Source of the DNA: Tubulanus polymorphus
Lineage: Eukaryota; Animalia; Nemertea
DNA: 64,000 nt
Assembly (NCBI RefSeq): GCF_964204645.1
Contig: NC_134027.1
Location: 27,118,560-27,182,559 of the forward strand
Reading direction: 5' to 3'
In this document: positions 13,101 through 30,926 of the stretch, piece after piece
Numbering within the stretch: position 1 is the stretch's first letter
How the letters are laid out: every line of letters begins with the position of its first letter
Program-made: the position numbers and the translations under genes
Notes under the pieces: model-generated
What the model was told of the DNA's origin: nothing
The model's input: the letters and a program-made list of their open reading frames with translations, nothing else
Database searches by the model: none

Positions 13101-14973
13101 ATTCAAAGTGGTTTTTCTTGCAGGATTTCATATCATTCATATACATATATAGAGTAGACTAACGTTTCATGAATCAGACGTTTCAGGACAAAGTTTGTTC
13201 GATAAATGATAATATCCGATTTTACCTTTATCATTAACGCCTGGATGTAGAAATCGACAAGAACTGCCCCACGTACAGTGACCACGCATGAAGAATCGAC
13301 AGGTCGGTCTGATGTACGGTTTACGACCATCCGGGTCTTTTATTTCACCTTCCTCGCAATCATCATCCTAGAATTCAATCAATCGATCAATCAATCAATC
13401 AATCAATCAATCAATTTACTATTGGTCTATTATCATTCTATGTTAAACACCATTTGATTCTCATTAAACTTACATCATCCAATTCTCCTTCATCAGATTT
13501 TTCGCCCTGAAAATAATCAATATTCTCATTTCATCATCATCTCACAGTCACAATCAGCCTGCACTCCTCCAGCCACGTTTCCAGGACCCAGTTCCACAGT
13601 TGTGAGTTATAATTACTTTGTTCATTTTCAATGAGTTAACACAAATCTGAACTCGGAACTGTTGAACTGGACCCAGGGAGGTGGCACGATGCTGAAGGAG
13701 TTGTTGTATATATTATTTACCTGTTTGTCTGGTAGTTGTTTCTCTGTATGATCAACAGCTCCGTCCTCTCTCGATACGGTTCTCTTTAATTCAGTTGATA
13801 CCGGTTCAGCCTCGTCCTCGTCGTAATCCAGTTCTCCGTGATCGTCCACGCTAGTTCTATTGATTATATCGATATCGATCTGATTTTTAACGTTATTTCG
13901 TGATTTCGACTCGGAGATATCGATACTCTTACGCTTGCTCCTGTTACGATGATCGTCACTTGTTTCTACCGTTTCGCTGTCACTGTTATTTTGACTGCGA
14001 GATTGTTCTAATTTTTTCAAGAATAATTTACCGACAGTTCGTAGATCTAAATTTCCTTGTTTTATATTCAAATTAGTTGGTTTCGGTGTAGTATTTTTAG
14101 CCTCCGTGTTTAGACGATGCGATTGCGATTCCTGAACTGGTGTTTCGTCAAACGCTGTTTCGTACTCATCACTAGCATATTCCGGTGACGCTATCATTTC
14201 AGTTGATAATGATAATTGTTTTTGCGGTGTTGAACAACGACTGGCAGCTCCTTGACTGAGAGCAGGAGATTTAGGTGCATCTCGCTCTGGAGATTTATTA
14301 GGAGATCGAGGTTCTTCTTCATCAGATTGCTCCTGAACTTTTTCAAAGGGTCGACTTAGACCCTCCTCCTCCTCCCCAGGAGGCAAACTTTGAGGGGATT
14401 GAGGTTCCTCCCGAGGCAAATTTTGAGGGGATCGGGGTACCTCTTCAAGAGGCAAACTTTGGGGTGATTGAGGCTCTTTAGGAGACAAACTCTTAGGGGA
14501 TTGAGGCTCCTCTGGAGGCAAACTTTGAGGGGATCGCGGTTCCTCCTCAGGAGGCAAACTTTGAGGGGATTGAGGCTCCTCTGGAGGCAAACTTTGAGGG
14601 GATTGAGGCTCCTCTGGAGGCAAACTCTGAGGGGATTGAGGTTCCTCTGGAGAAAGACTTTGAGGGGATTGAGGTTCCTTTGGAGGAAAACTTTGAGGGG
14701 ATTGAGGTTCCTGGGGAGTCAAACTTTGAGGGGATTGAGGTTCCTGGGGAGTCAAACTTTGAGGGGATCGAGGTTCCTGGGGAGTCAAACTTTGAGGGGA
14801 TGACTGGGGCTCTGCAGCTGGTGATTGAGGATTGTTAGCTACTAGTGTAGACTTTGTTTCTGGTGTTATGGATGATTGCGGGTTATCAGAGTCCTGACGT
14901 GGCACTGAACCTGGGGATAATTCAGGTTTTGGAGAAGAATGAGGAGTGTTGACCTCTTCGCTATCAGGTTTAC

Positions 14974-15004
<31 letters not shown>

Positions 15005-15259
15005 GTTTTCATCATCATTAGTATAACTATGATCATCGGTAGTAGGTGTAACGCCGTTACTGATGTCTTCATGTTCCACTATCTGATCCTCGCTATCGGA
15101 TTCGGATTCAATATTGATCAGATGATTAGGGATAACGTCCTGTTCGTCGTACGGGTTCTCGTCGCCGGTCTGTCCCGTCATTGTATATGGTAAAGGTTCC
15201 CTCTCCTCGGGTGTGTCGCAACCGTCGATACACTGACGTTCATTACCAGCATCCTCCAT
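7137..15259 (-). CDS. ZC3H18: Zinc finger CCCH domain-containing protein 18 (multi-exon; probable non-coding first exon near 15860-15990)
   Basis: CCCH finger CRFFMRGHCTWGSSCRFLHPGVNDKGNW (exon about 13367-13226), ETAWERGLRQAKE, DEWHDPWRRSKSP, Ser/Arg-rich exons and C-terminal RREELLKQLKAVEDAIAKKRAK. Confidence 0.92.
9291..9401. mobile_element. About 110-bp Harbinger-like MITE family B; related copies or fragments at 13583-13676, 47552-47734, 48750-48855, 59161-59273
   Basis: CAG-GACCCAGTTCCACAGTT...AACTGTGGAACAGGGTC-CTG inverted termini flanked by CWG. Dispersed copies occur in several introns. Confidence 0.8.
9759..10046. mobile_element. piggyBac-like MITE; partial copy at 28822-28901
   Basis: TTAA-CCCCTTCAGTGC...GCACTGAAAGGG-T-TTAA termini and internal palindromes (TACACCGCAGTGCGGTGTA). 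Confidence 0.7.
12214..12367 (-). mobile_element. Penelope-like element remnant with inverted segment
   Basis: Perfect 23-bp inverted repeat (12218-12240 / 12338-12360). It encloses minus-strand ATGATCTC-TAGGGT-GAGATC-GAAAC-GTCG followed by AATAAA. Confidence 0.5.
12886..13011. mobile_element. Harbinger-like MITE family E; degenerate copies at about 17045-17141 and 21881-22011
   Basis: CTGCAGTTGCTCAAAAG...CTTTTGAGCAACTGCAG inverted termini with shared internal sequence. Confidence 0.7.
14378..14810 (-). repeat. Coding 33-36-bp tandem repeat, about 13 x SPQSLPPEEPQ, in ZC3H18
   Basis: Visible directly in the DNA and in the 13628-15262 translation. Confidence 0.95.
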
Positions 15260-15458
15260 CACAACCTGTCAATTCAATATTACTGATTGAGAAACAGAAC
15301 CATCAACCAGAAAGTCAGATATAAAAAGAAAATGAATCTAGCGCATCATGAATTTCTTGTGCGTAATTGTGTGTAATTATGATGGGTAAAGATTTTGAAG
15401 GCACTATTTCCACTATCTGCAGTGTAGTAGGCCACTTAACCTTATTGTAAAATAAGGT

Positions 15459-15567
15459 CTGGGCCCAGTTTCACAGGTTTAACCCTTAAATCGATTTGTT
15501 TTCTTCATTAATTCAGTTTATCTTAAATCGATTTAGGCCTTAATCCTTTTTGCGAAACTGGGACCTG
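15459..15567. mobile_element. Harbinger-like MITE family D; inverted copy at 20040-20152
   Basis: CCCAGTTTCACA...TGCGAAACTGGG termini with CWG flanks. The two copies share their internal sequence. Confidence 0.75.
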
Positions 15568-16356
15568 GTGTCTGATGCAGTCCAATAATGGCAATATTTT
15601 AATATCAAAGTAGTATCTGTGGTTGGGCAATAATATGAACATGACTGTGATTTGCAGTGAATGTAGCCACATTGATTCGCTACAGTTGAATGATGACCGT
15701 CGGTCAAAATACGAACACAATTGAATCGATACAATTTACGATTGTCTCCGTTCTTTCTTGAACAACAAATATAATTGAATTGTATTGATGAAAATTTTCA
15801 AGGTGATATGAGCTAATTGAGACCGATGTTGATTGTTAGAATCACAAAAATCACTCACTTGATGATTCAGAGAATAGAACCAGCCACAAAGAGAATATCC
15901 TTTCAAAGATCTATCGATAAGTCGGTGTTGATTTTTATTAGGAATCTCAATCTATATTTCAGATTTTTTCTGGAAAGCAGCCATGTCTGAACCGGTGATC
16001 TGTGATTGGTCGAAATGTTGGTCACATGGCCTGTAGGTTCGGAGGAAAACGCGTATTCAGATCTGGAAACACGGAAAGTAAAATATGGAGTTGGATTCGT
16101 ATAGATTGAATCGAACGTCCGTCGGCCGAAATGACAGATTCACTAGTCTCCTCTCATCCCTTTTAATTTCCACTTGTTCATTGACAGCTTCGTAAACTTT
16201 GAATCTGGGCGACATGAACTTGAGGCTTAACGATGAGATTACAACACTGTTGACCTGCATTATTAGCAGGCAGCCGCTCTCACTACCCCAACCGTACGGC
16301 GGGTCACTGTCTAGTACTGACCGGGGAAGTGTGACCGATTACCACACTAATCACAC

Positions 16357-16408
16357 CATGGACGTATATATAAACTAGAAATACGTAAAAACTAGTTTGG
16401 CGTCCATG
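16357..16408. mobile_element. 52-bp miniature inverted-repeat element with 7-bp target-site duplication
   Basis: ATCACAC-CATGGACG...CGTCCATG-ATCACAC, with an internal AAACTAG/CTAGTTT inverted pair. Confidence 0.7.
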
Positions 16409-17464
16409 ATCACACCAACTACCACATAGCTCCATCAATCACTGGGGGACCCAGTGCAAGCCAGAGAGTGGTTCAGACTTGAACTGTACGATCCCAATAC
16501 TTAAGGAATAAGTAACTAAATAAGTTAAATAATAAGTTTATTACTATATTACAATGTGGGATAGCTTCAAAAAATCAACTTTATTTACAAAACCATTTTT
16601 AGGTATTACGCACTTGTAATTATTCATTCTTTTGATGAATCAAACATAGCTTTGAAAGTTTTAGCCTCACGTGAAAACAAAACCTTGAATATACAATGCA
16701 AGAATTCTACAGTTCACAACATAATTAACTTTACATGAATTCATATTGAAGACTAATGAATTATATCTATACAATAAACATTTAATAATGTAGCATTTCT
16801 TTTACAAAATAATAATCTAGACATTTACATCAATATCCACTAACTCTTTTCAATAAATGAGAAACGCATTCTATTCTACATTTATTAAGAGCTTTTTAAT
16901 CGTGTATATACTGGGTAAGTTCTTCTCTATATGACTCATATCACATGACTATGTAAATAGAGGAAATAAACGATATTGTGATTACTTAAACAAGCTGTAT
17001 TTTTGAACCATTATAATTCCCTCTTTAAACAACAACAGGGGCAGCAGTTGCTCACACAGTTAACCAGTTGATAGCTGACATGGGTGACAATTAAGGAGTC
17101 CATTGGTACCATGCTATTACAGCTTTTGAGCAACTGGCCCCGGAGTTGCCACCAGGGTTTGAACCCATAAACCCTGATTTATACCTATGGTACACAGCTA
17201 TCCACAGTTCATACCAAACACTAATAAAGACTGACGAATAACTGTGGGCCTCGAGGCAGTTCAATATAGTTAGCCTCGATACATGTACGAATTGATAACT
17301 TTAACAAAAAATGTCAAGGCAGATTATCATTTTAATTATTTTGCTTACGATGAAGCTTTGTGTCGTCAAATGAACAAACTGAATGAGATGATTTAAACGC
17401 TCTTCCTAAATTCGAGAAATATTTCAGGGTTACGACGAGACGTATGATACACACCGATCAGAGA

Positions 17465-23839
<6,375 letters not shown>

Positions 23840-24084
23840 TATCAATGTATGAACGCCCGAACCTTTAACTTCTAAATGATGTGTGTATTTTCGATTTCTT
23901 GCCAAATAGAACAAATGGCCGATCGCTGGTTCGAGTATAAAACCCGGATTCGGACTCAAAAAAATAATAGGCGGCAGTGGATATATTTTTCTCATTTTTC
24001 TCATCCACATAAGGCAAATTAGTTGCGCATTTTTAATGTATCTGTTCCTAGAAAGATGAAATTTTAGTCTACCATTTTTATATT

Positions 24085-24160
24085 GCACCAACTTCGACCG
24101 GGATTCGAACCTGATTGTGATCACGGGATTGTAAAGATGGCACCACACACACTAGCATCT
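24085..24160 (-). other. Degenerate tRNA-derived (SINE-head-like) remnant
   Basis: Minus strand has a B-box GGTTCGAATCCC and a weak A-box TAGTGTGTGTGGT. I could not fold a convincing cloverleaf. Confidence 0.3.
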
Positions 24161-24391
24161 GAATTCTGCAATCTTATTAAATATCCTCGGCAAAAATAAC
24201 AAATAACTTTACCATCTACCAGTTTTTCTATATATTTACTTATGATAAATTCTTATTGATAATAATATCGAAGTCTTGACTTATAGCAAATGAAATCATA
24301 GATTTAAAGTTTATTTGGTATTTAAAAAAAACACCGGTTTGGTAGTAGAGGTAGTTTTTGTATATATTCTCAGAGGCCACGTTACATAAGC

Positions 24392-24558
24392 ATACTTACC
24401 TGGCACAGGGGTACACCATGATCTGCAAGGTGGTGCCCCCAGATCGAGGCCTTTTCATTGCACTATACGATTAGGCTGACGTCTGCGATCTCCCCAAATG
24501 TGGGAGACTCGGGTGTACAATTTCTGGTAGTGGGGGTCTGCGTTCGCGCTAACCCCTG
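24392..24558 (+). ncRNA. U1 spliceosomal snRNA (variant-looking)
   Basis: ATACTTACCTG 5' end, stem-loop I, loop II ATTGCAC, stem-loop III, Sm-like AATTTCTGG and stem-loop IV GCG-TTCG-CGC. Length 167 nt. Confidence 0.96.
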
Positions 24559-25331
24559 AAAATCAAATTCAAGTTAGACTATCTCTACCTCTATTATACG
24601 GAGCTTCGAAGTTGGCACTAGTGACGAGATGAATGCGCTTTGGCCTGTTAGGCTACCATGGGTAGCGGTCAAAAGATTTCCCCATCTTTCGACTAAATTG
24701 CTGTTAGATACATGGTCAATTATTTATTCATCTTCCACTCATTCATATTGATACGTACATTCAATTCCATTCATAATTTTATTGTACGATATAACATGGG
24801 CATACTTACTATTGTTTATCGAAATTAGAAAATACTAATTTTAAGAATTTATCGCAACGAAAGAGTTCATTATAATATAAGTTTTATTTCAAATGAATAA
24901 TAGAATTGGATTGAGCCCCTTCGCTTTGAAGTTCTTGAAAAATCGTCTCACCCACAGATTGCACGGAATTATGGAAGTTACAACACTTATTTTTTAATAT
25001 GAAAACTGTCATCGCCAAAATAATCTTTAGAACCCGTTTAATGATTTATAACTTTGAATCATTCACCGCGCGTTCCGTGGGGAATAAACATGTCTCAAAT
25101 AGTATGAGGTTGAATTACTTTTCAAAACCAGCTTTTTACTTCTGACGAGCGTTTTTTGGAGAATGATGATTTATAACCTACATAAAAATAACTTAATAAG
25201 GTACCCTATTATCATGCAGATAGCGCGTGTGTTGTTAAAATGGGGCTCAATGCAATAGTGCACAGCTGTGTGTTCAGCGGTATAGTCGCATGTAGAATTC
25301 TATAGTGCTGGTGACATTAGCTGTAGCTATC

Positions 25332-26453
25332 ATGAGTCTGGAGGACAAACTTCAAGAGGCCGTTAGCGCAAACGACATCTCAAAAATCCAACAGTTGATC
25401 GCATCGGGAGTAAATATAAACGAGGACAGCGGCGCGAGTTATATGTTTTATCCGCCGGTGTTATTGGCTGTGATGAAACAGTCGTGGGACGCGTTGAATT
25501 TACTCATATCAACCGGAGCTGATCTCAACTGTATAAAACATCGTACAACACCGCTGATATGCGCCGCTAAAACTGGAAACATTCAAATATGTCGATTATT
25601 AGTCGAAAATGGCGCCGATATCAATCAAACCGATGATTGGGGTGAAGAGACAGCTCTCAGATCGGCAATATCGTGTGGTAATATCGATCTAATCAGGTAT
25701 CTCATTCAGAATGGCAGTGACTTGTCAACCATGGATGAGGCAGGTAGAACTATAATTTACCACGCGGTCAAATGTGAAAATATCGAAGTCATCGAAACTT
25801 TGTTGAGTTTTACATCGGAAATAAATGGAATTAATTTGAATAACTGTTTCTCGGGGTATTCGGTATTGTTTCCTCTTGTAAGCGCTAATAAAACTGAAAT
25901 GATTTGTAAACTCGTTCGTATCGGCGCTGATTTGAATGCGTTGAATAGATTTGGATACAATCTGTTGCACGAAGCAACTGATTTCGTCGTCAAACCTGAA
26001 ACAATGCGACAGATACTAAAACTTGGTGTATCGGTGAACTATGCCACCTCATCTGATCACGTTACGCCGTTACATATGGCTGTTTGCAAGGGTAATTTGG
26101 AGAAAGTATATTTACTGGTTAATCACGGGGCTAATTGTAACGTTCTGACGAATGCGGGCGAATCGCCTCTCTATCAAGCTGTTTATAGAAATTATAAACA
26201 AATTGCCGAATTCTTGATCAGATGTGGCGCGGAAACCGACCCAAATAATTGGCATTTCCCGAAAGACGGGATTAACAGAAATGAATTATTAGAATTCATA
26301 TATGAACAGAAACTTCGTGTTGTAAAATCATTAAAACATACAACTCGATTAGTGATTAGATCTTGTATAACTGATGATATCAATAAGAAAGTTTATCTAC
26401 TTCAATTACCGAAATTACTCAAAGATTATCTCATGTTCACTAATGAATGTTAA
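25332..26453 (+). CDS. Intronless ankyrin-repeat and SOCS-box (ASB-like) protein, 373 aa
   Basis: Multiple ankyrin repeats (TPLICAAKTGN, TALRSAISCGN, TPLHMAVCKGN, SPLYQAVYRN) and C-terminal SOCS box VKSLKHTTRLVIR...LQLPKLLKDYL. Confidence 0.9.
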   Translation: MSLEDKLQEAVSANDISKIQQLIASGVNINEDSGASYMFYPPVLLAVMKQSWDALNLLISTGADLNCIKHRTTPLICAAKTGNIQICRLLVENGADINQTDDWGEETALRSAISCGNIDLIRYLIQNGSDLSTMDEAGRTIIYHAVKCENIEVIETLLSFTSEINGINLNNCFSGYSVLFPLVSANKTEMICKLVRIGADLNALNRFGYNLLHEATDFVVKPETMRQILKLGVSVNYATSSDHVTPLHMAVCKGNLEKVYLLVNHGANCNVLTNAGESPLYQAVYRNYKQIAEFLIRCGAETDPNNWHFPKDGINRNELLEFIYEQKLRVVKSLKHTTRLVIRSCITDDINKKVYLLQLPKLLKDYLMFTNEC

Positions 26454-26780
26454 TTGTGGATTAATTACAAGATTAACTTTAAAATCGAAATATAACCGTT
26501 GTGATATTCGATATGGTGCCTTCATGTCAGAAGAAATATTTTATCAATTATGTTATGGAATGTTATGACGAAAGAATAAAATTATTTTAATCCCTGAAAC
26601 ACATTCATGATTCGTTTGCTCTAACTGTGGTTTTAATAGTTTCACTATTATCCGCTAGGTTCTCTGCTGAGGATAGTATGTATCACATGACAGTCATGTG
26701 TACAGGTCACATGAATGATTGCCCGGTGGTTGTCAAAAGTTGTACTGCTCGTTCTTGTGAAGAGACTGAACGAATGCAAA

Positions 26781-29700
26781 ATGCTTCAAATTCACATATT
26801 TGCGGTATGTAAACCTACTCTATTTATCAGTTATAATCAATTTCATATAAGTATCTAACTTAGAATACCAAACATTGATTGCAAATTAAGATGAACTCAT
26901 TCATTTAGGCTTATGACAATAAATAAATGTGCAAACACTAAAACAGCTAAAGCTATAAAAGCATGTGTGTATTCATTACCAGGTAATATTTCTATGAGAC
27001 TAGATTTTTTGTGAAATTTTGCTGAATTTTGGGGTAAATATTCAGGTCCGATCGACCTGACCACAAAAATTAAGCTAAATATTGCAAAACAATTTTTAAC
27101 TGACCCGTAATGCCATTGCTGGTCATTGATACTTAATTCATACTGTTACAATTCCCTATGAGATAAAGTAAGGTTAAACCTATTTTATTACGTTGTTTTT
27201 TGTAGATATTTCTCGTCATTTTGTTACCGACAATTATATATTGTGCCGTCGAAAATGACCGTGTGACATATCTACCTGGGTTAAAACCACCCCCTAAATT
27301 CCGTCATTATTCCGGATACCTGAAGGCTAGCGGTGGACGTTTGTTACATTACTGGTAAGTTGACTGCAAACAGAGCAGCGTTTTAACAATGTATGTTTCT
27401 AAGTTATTTCTTAAATTCTATAACCAGTGATTTATATTGAACTTTTGTCTAGGTTTATGGAAGCGTCAAAGGACTCTGCTAAAGCGCCGGTTGTATTGTG
27501 GTTAAATGGTGGACCGGGATGTAGCTCATTAGGAGGTCTCCTCACTGAGCACGGACCATTCCTGGTATACCTAGTTATACACCTCTATAGAACCTATTGA
27601 ATATCAGTTTAATTGAATCCTATTTTTCAGTTTTCTATTATTATTTCAGATAAACAAGGATGGAAAACATTTGAATTATAATCCGTATAGCTGGAATCTC
27701 GTACGTATAAAAGACTTGTCATGATTTATAGAATGAATAAAACCAGTATCAATGACCAACCCCAGTATCAATGACCAACCGCAGTATCAATGACCAACCG
27801 CAGTATCAATGACCAACCCCAGTATCAAAGACCAACCCCAGTATCAATGACCAACCCCAGTATCAATGACCAACCGCAGTATCAATGACCAACCCCAGTA
27901 TCAATGACCAACCCCAGTATCAACGACCAACCCCAGTATCAATGACCAACCGCAGTATCAATGACCAACCCCAGTATCAATGACCAACCCCAGTATCAAT
28001 GACCAACCCCAGTATCCCTTTATTATACAGGGATATTGCGGTTGGTCAATTGATACTGGTTTTATTCATTCACTATCAACTCTGACAAGTCCCTGTGTAT
28101 GAAATGTATAGAATAGTTTTTATCTGAAACAAGAATATTTTGTACAATATTTTGTTAATGTATTTTTGATCCTATGTTTTATAGGTTTCTAATATGTTAT
28201 ATCTCGAAGCACCCGCTGGAGTTGGATTCTCTTATAGTCCGTATAAGAATTATACAACTGATGATGATGAGGTAAAATGCACACGGTATCTGACAGATCA
28301 CAGTTCTGGGTCTAGTAGCTGCAGTACTGGGTTCAGAAATAGTGGAACTGGGTCCAGTTGCTGTAGAACAGGCTTCATGAAAATTTTGAAGCAGTTTTTG
28401 ACTGATTAAATTGTGTATTTTTTCAGACGTCTCTCAATAATTACCACGCTCTCGTCGATTTCTTCGATAAATATCCAGAATTTCGTAAGAATGAATTTTA
28501 CATTACGGGTGAAAGTTACGGCGGAATCTATGTTCCGACTTTAGCCAATCGAGTGATGGAAAATAGAGATATAAATCTGAAGGTTTGTATCTGTTTAAAG
28601 TTATCGATGTGATGGTCGGTTTCAGACGTTATGATTATAAAAGGTTTTTGTTGTCGGTTTTTAGGGAATCGCAGTCGGAAACGGTTTGTCTAGCACGAAA
28701 TCCAACGATAATTCGATCATATACTTCGGATATTTCCATGGATTATTCTCTAAAGAGTAAGTTTTGAATCGATCAATATTTCATTTCATAAAACTTTCTA
28801 AATCAGGAGGAGGAGGAGGAGCCTTTCAGTGCGTCTACACAGCAGTACGGTGTATAAATCAGAGATGGATTTTGCTCGTACACCGCACTGCGGTGTATTG
28901 ATAATATTATAATTGTCCGAGCCTGTCAAAAATGCTTCATTACTGATGATAATGATGAATCATCTGTCTATATTTTCTAGTCTCTGGCAGAATTTAACGA
29001 CAGTTTGCTGTAAAACCACAGATGATTGTAATTTCCATGATAATCCAGATCTGACTTGTCAATCTAAGGTAAATAGAACAGTCTGCTGATGATTTCATTG
29101 TGTATGTACTTGTACTGGTAATAATAATGACTGTATTGATTGTAGGTTCAGGAAGCTGTTGGATTAATCTATAGATCTGGTATTAATATGTATAACCTGT
29201 ACGCTTCATGCGCTGTTGAGGGAAATTTCGGCGGTCTAAAAAAAACCAACGACGGAAAAGTTGTCTACCACGACCCGGGATTCTTGTTCAGTAGAAATAA
29301 ATTTCTTGTTCAAGAAAGACAGGTAAATAGGTGCTCTTTAAATCAGTTTATGAATTGAAAAGCCATCAAGATTCTTTCGAAAAGTTCACCTAGTCATGTT
29401 ACATTTTCATCTCGAAGTCACTGCAATAGTTAAGAACAAATCTTCAGACTCTGAAGAACTTTTTAAAAGACATTTTAATTTTAGTTTTACTCGCACTTCA
29501 TTATGTAATCCATGTTCACAAAAGCCTTATACAGATATTTTCGCAAAATGATCTTAATGATAATGTGTCCTTCCAAACATTGTTTCAGAAAATATATCGC
29601 TATGGAAACAACGTGCGTATGGATCCGCCGTGCGTAAATTTCACTAGTATAACGAATTATTTAAATTCTAATCTTGTTCGCAAAGAATTACACATTCCTT

Positions 29701-30926
29701 CATCCGTACAACAGTGGACTGTTTGCAGGTAGGTACATCTTAATTTCATACACACTGTTTCTGAATGATTTCTCATCGTCATATAAAATCCCACACTAAG
29801 AGAAGGAATACGTAATTACCTTGAGCTAGTAATTCATTTCAACACGATCTATGTCGGTTATTACCGCAAGATTATATCACTTGTGATTACCTATTTCTCT
29901 GTTCTGGCTATCTCATAATTATGTTAAAACGTAGATATTCCTAGAGATGAATACGTATTAAATAATGTTGAATAAATCATTAGCTCAAGGAAACATCTCG
30001 GATTCTTCTTAGTGTGGATTTTATAAATGATCTCTTGCTCCCAATAAACAATCATGTGTATCCCTTGTTGTAGTTCCGTTGTGAATATGAATTATCGAAG
30101 AATCTACAACTCGATGAAACAGCAATATTTAAGACTTCTTGCTACAAAGGTAAAAGATGTGTATTCGGTATTTCTTGCAGTTCTTACGCATTACCTCGCA
30201 GTGTTCCTATGTATAACCTATTGTATGAATGTATTTCAGAAATACAGGGTATTAGTGTACAATGGAGATGTAGATATGGCTTGTAATTTCCTCGGTGATC
30301 AGTGGTTCACCGATGACTTGAATCAAAAGGTATTGAAATAATCCATTTATTGCCACACGTAGTATTCACTTCATTTCTATAGTAGTTAATGATTTAATTT
30401 CTCTTTTGTTTAGGAAATCCGTCCGAGGAAGGCTTGGCATTACTTCGATCCAAAATCAGAAACTCTACAAATTGCGGGATTTGTGCGACAATTTGAAGAC
30501 CTCACCGTGCTCACAGTCAAGGTAACTTATACATTCATATAGTCTAGTATCTCTAGCTTCAGGTTTCTAACCCTCCTAAGATCTTCAACTGCTCACTGTT
30601 TTTGTATCAGCTCTTATTCGGAATAGAATCTTTGATATCCATGTAGTCCAATCAAATCTAGTCTTCCAATCGATATTTTTAAAATCTAATCTCAAAATCC
30701 ATTAATTCATCAAAGCTTTTTGAATAGACTTAGTTTTTGATGTTAAGCCAATGGGCATATTTTATATGCATTTTAGGCTGAATGATTTGTTATTAATAAT
30801 CAATTACTAACCTGATCATATAATTGTTTGATTTATTTTCAGGGCGCAGGTCATATGGTGCCGGGAGATAAACCAAATCCAGCATTTGTCATGTTTAACA
30901 AATTTTTACAAGGATCTGCATTCTAA
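26781..30926 (+). CDS. CTSA: Cathepsin A / lysosomal protective protein (S10 serine carboxypeptidase), multi-exon
   Basis: Signal peptide [37 protein letters not shown], catalytic [18 protein letters not shown] and GAGHMVP. Confidence 0.93.
27731..28071. repeat. 19-bp minisatellite (about 14 copies, 27743-28016) inside the left arm of a hairpin element
   Basis: Unit CCAGTATCAATGACCAACC. Bases 28030-28071 are the reverse complement of the unexpanded arm. Confidence 0.9.
29783..30024. repeat. Imperfect inverted repeat element in a CTSA intron, related to the 157-bp VPS4 array
   Basis: About 60-bp arms (29783-29845 / 29965-30024). The right arm shares TTGAATAAA...TTAGCTCAAGGAAACAT with the unit at 18041. 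Confidence 0.6.

Noticed and set aside
14468-14803. Arg/Leu-rich repetitive ORF on the + strand
   Set aside because: Antisense shadow of the ZC3H18 coding repeat.
16040-16350. RNase P/MRP or other ncRNA in the moderately GC-rich stretch upstream of ZC3H18
   Set aside because: The conserved CR-I and CR-V motifs were not found. Promoter sequence is the simpler explanation.
24085-24160. Functional tRNA gene
   Set aside because: Only the B-box/T-arm is recognisable. The acceptor and anticodon stems do not fold.
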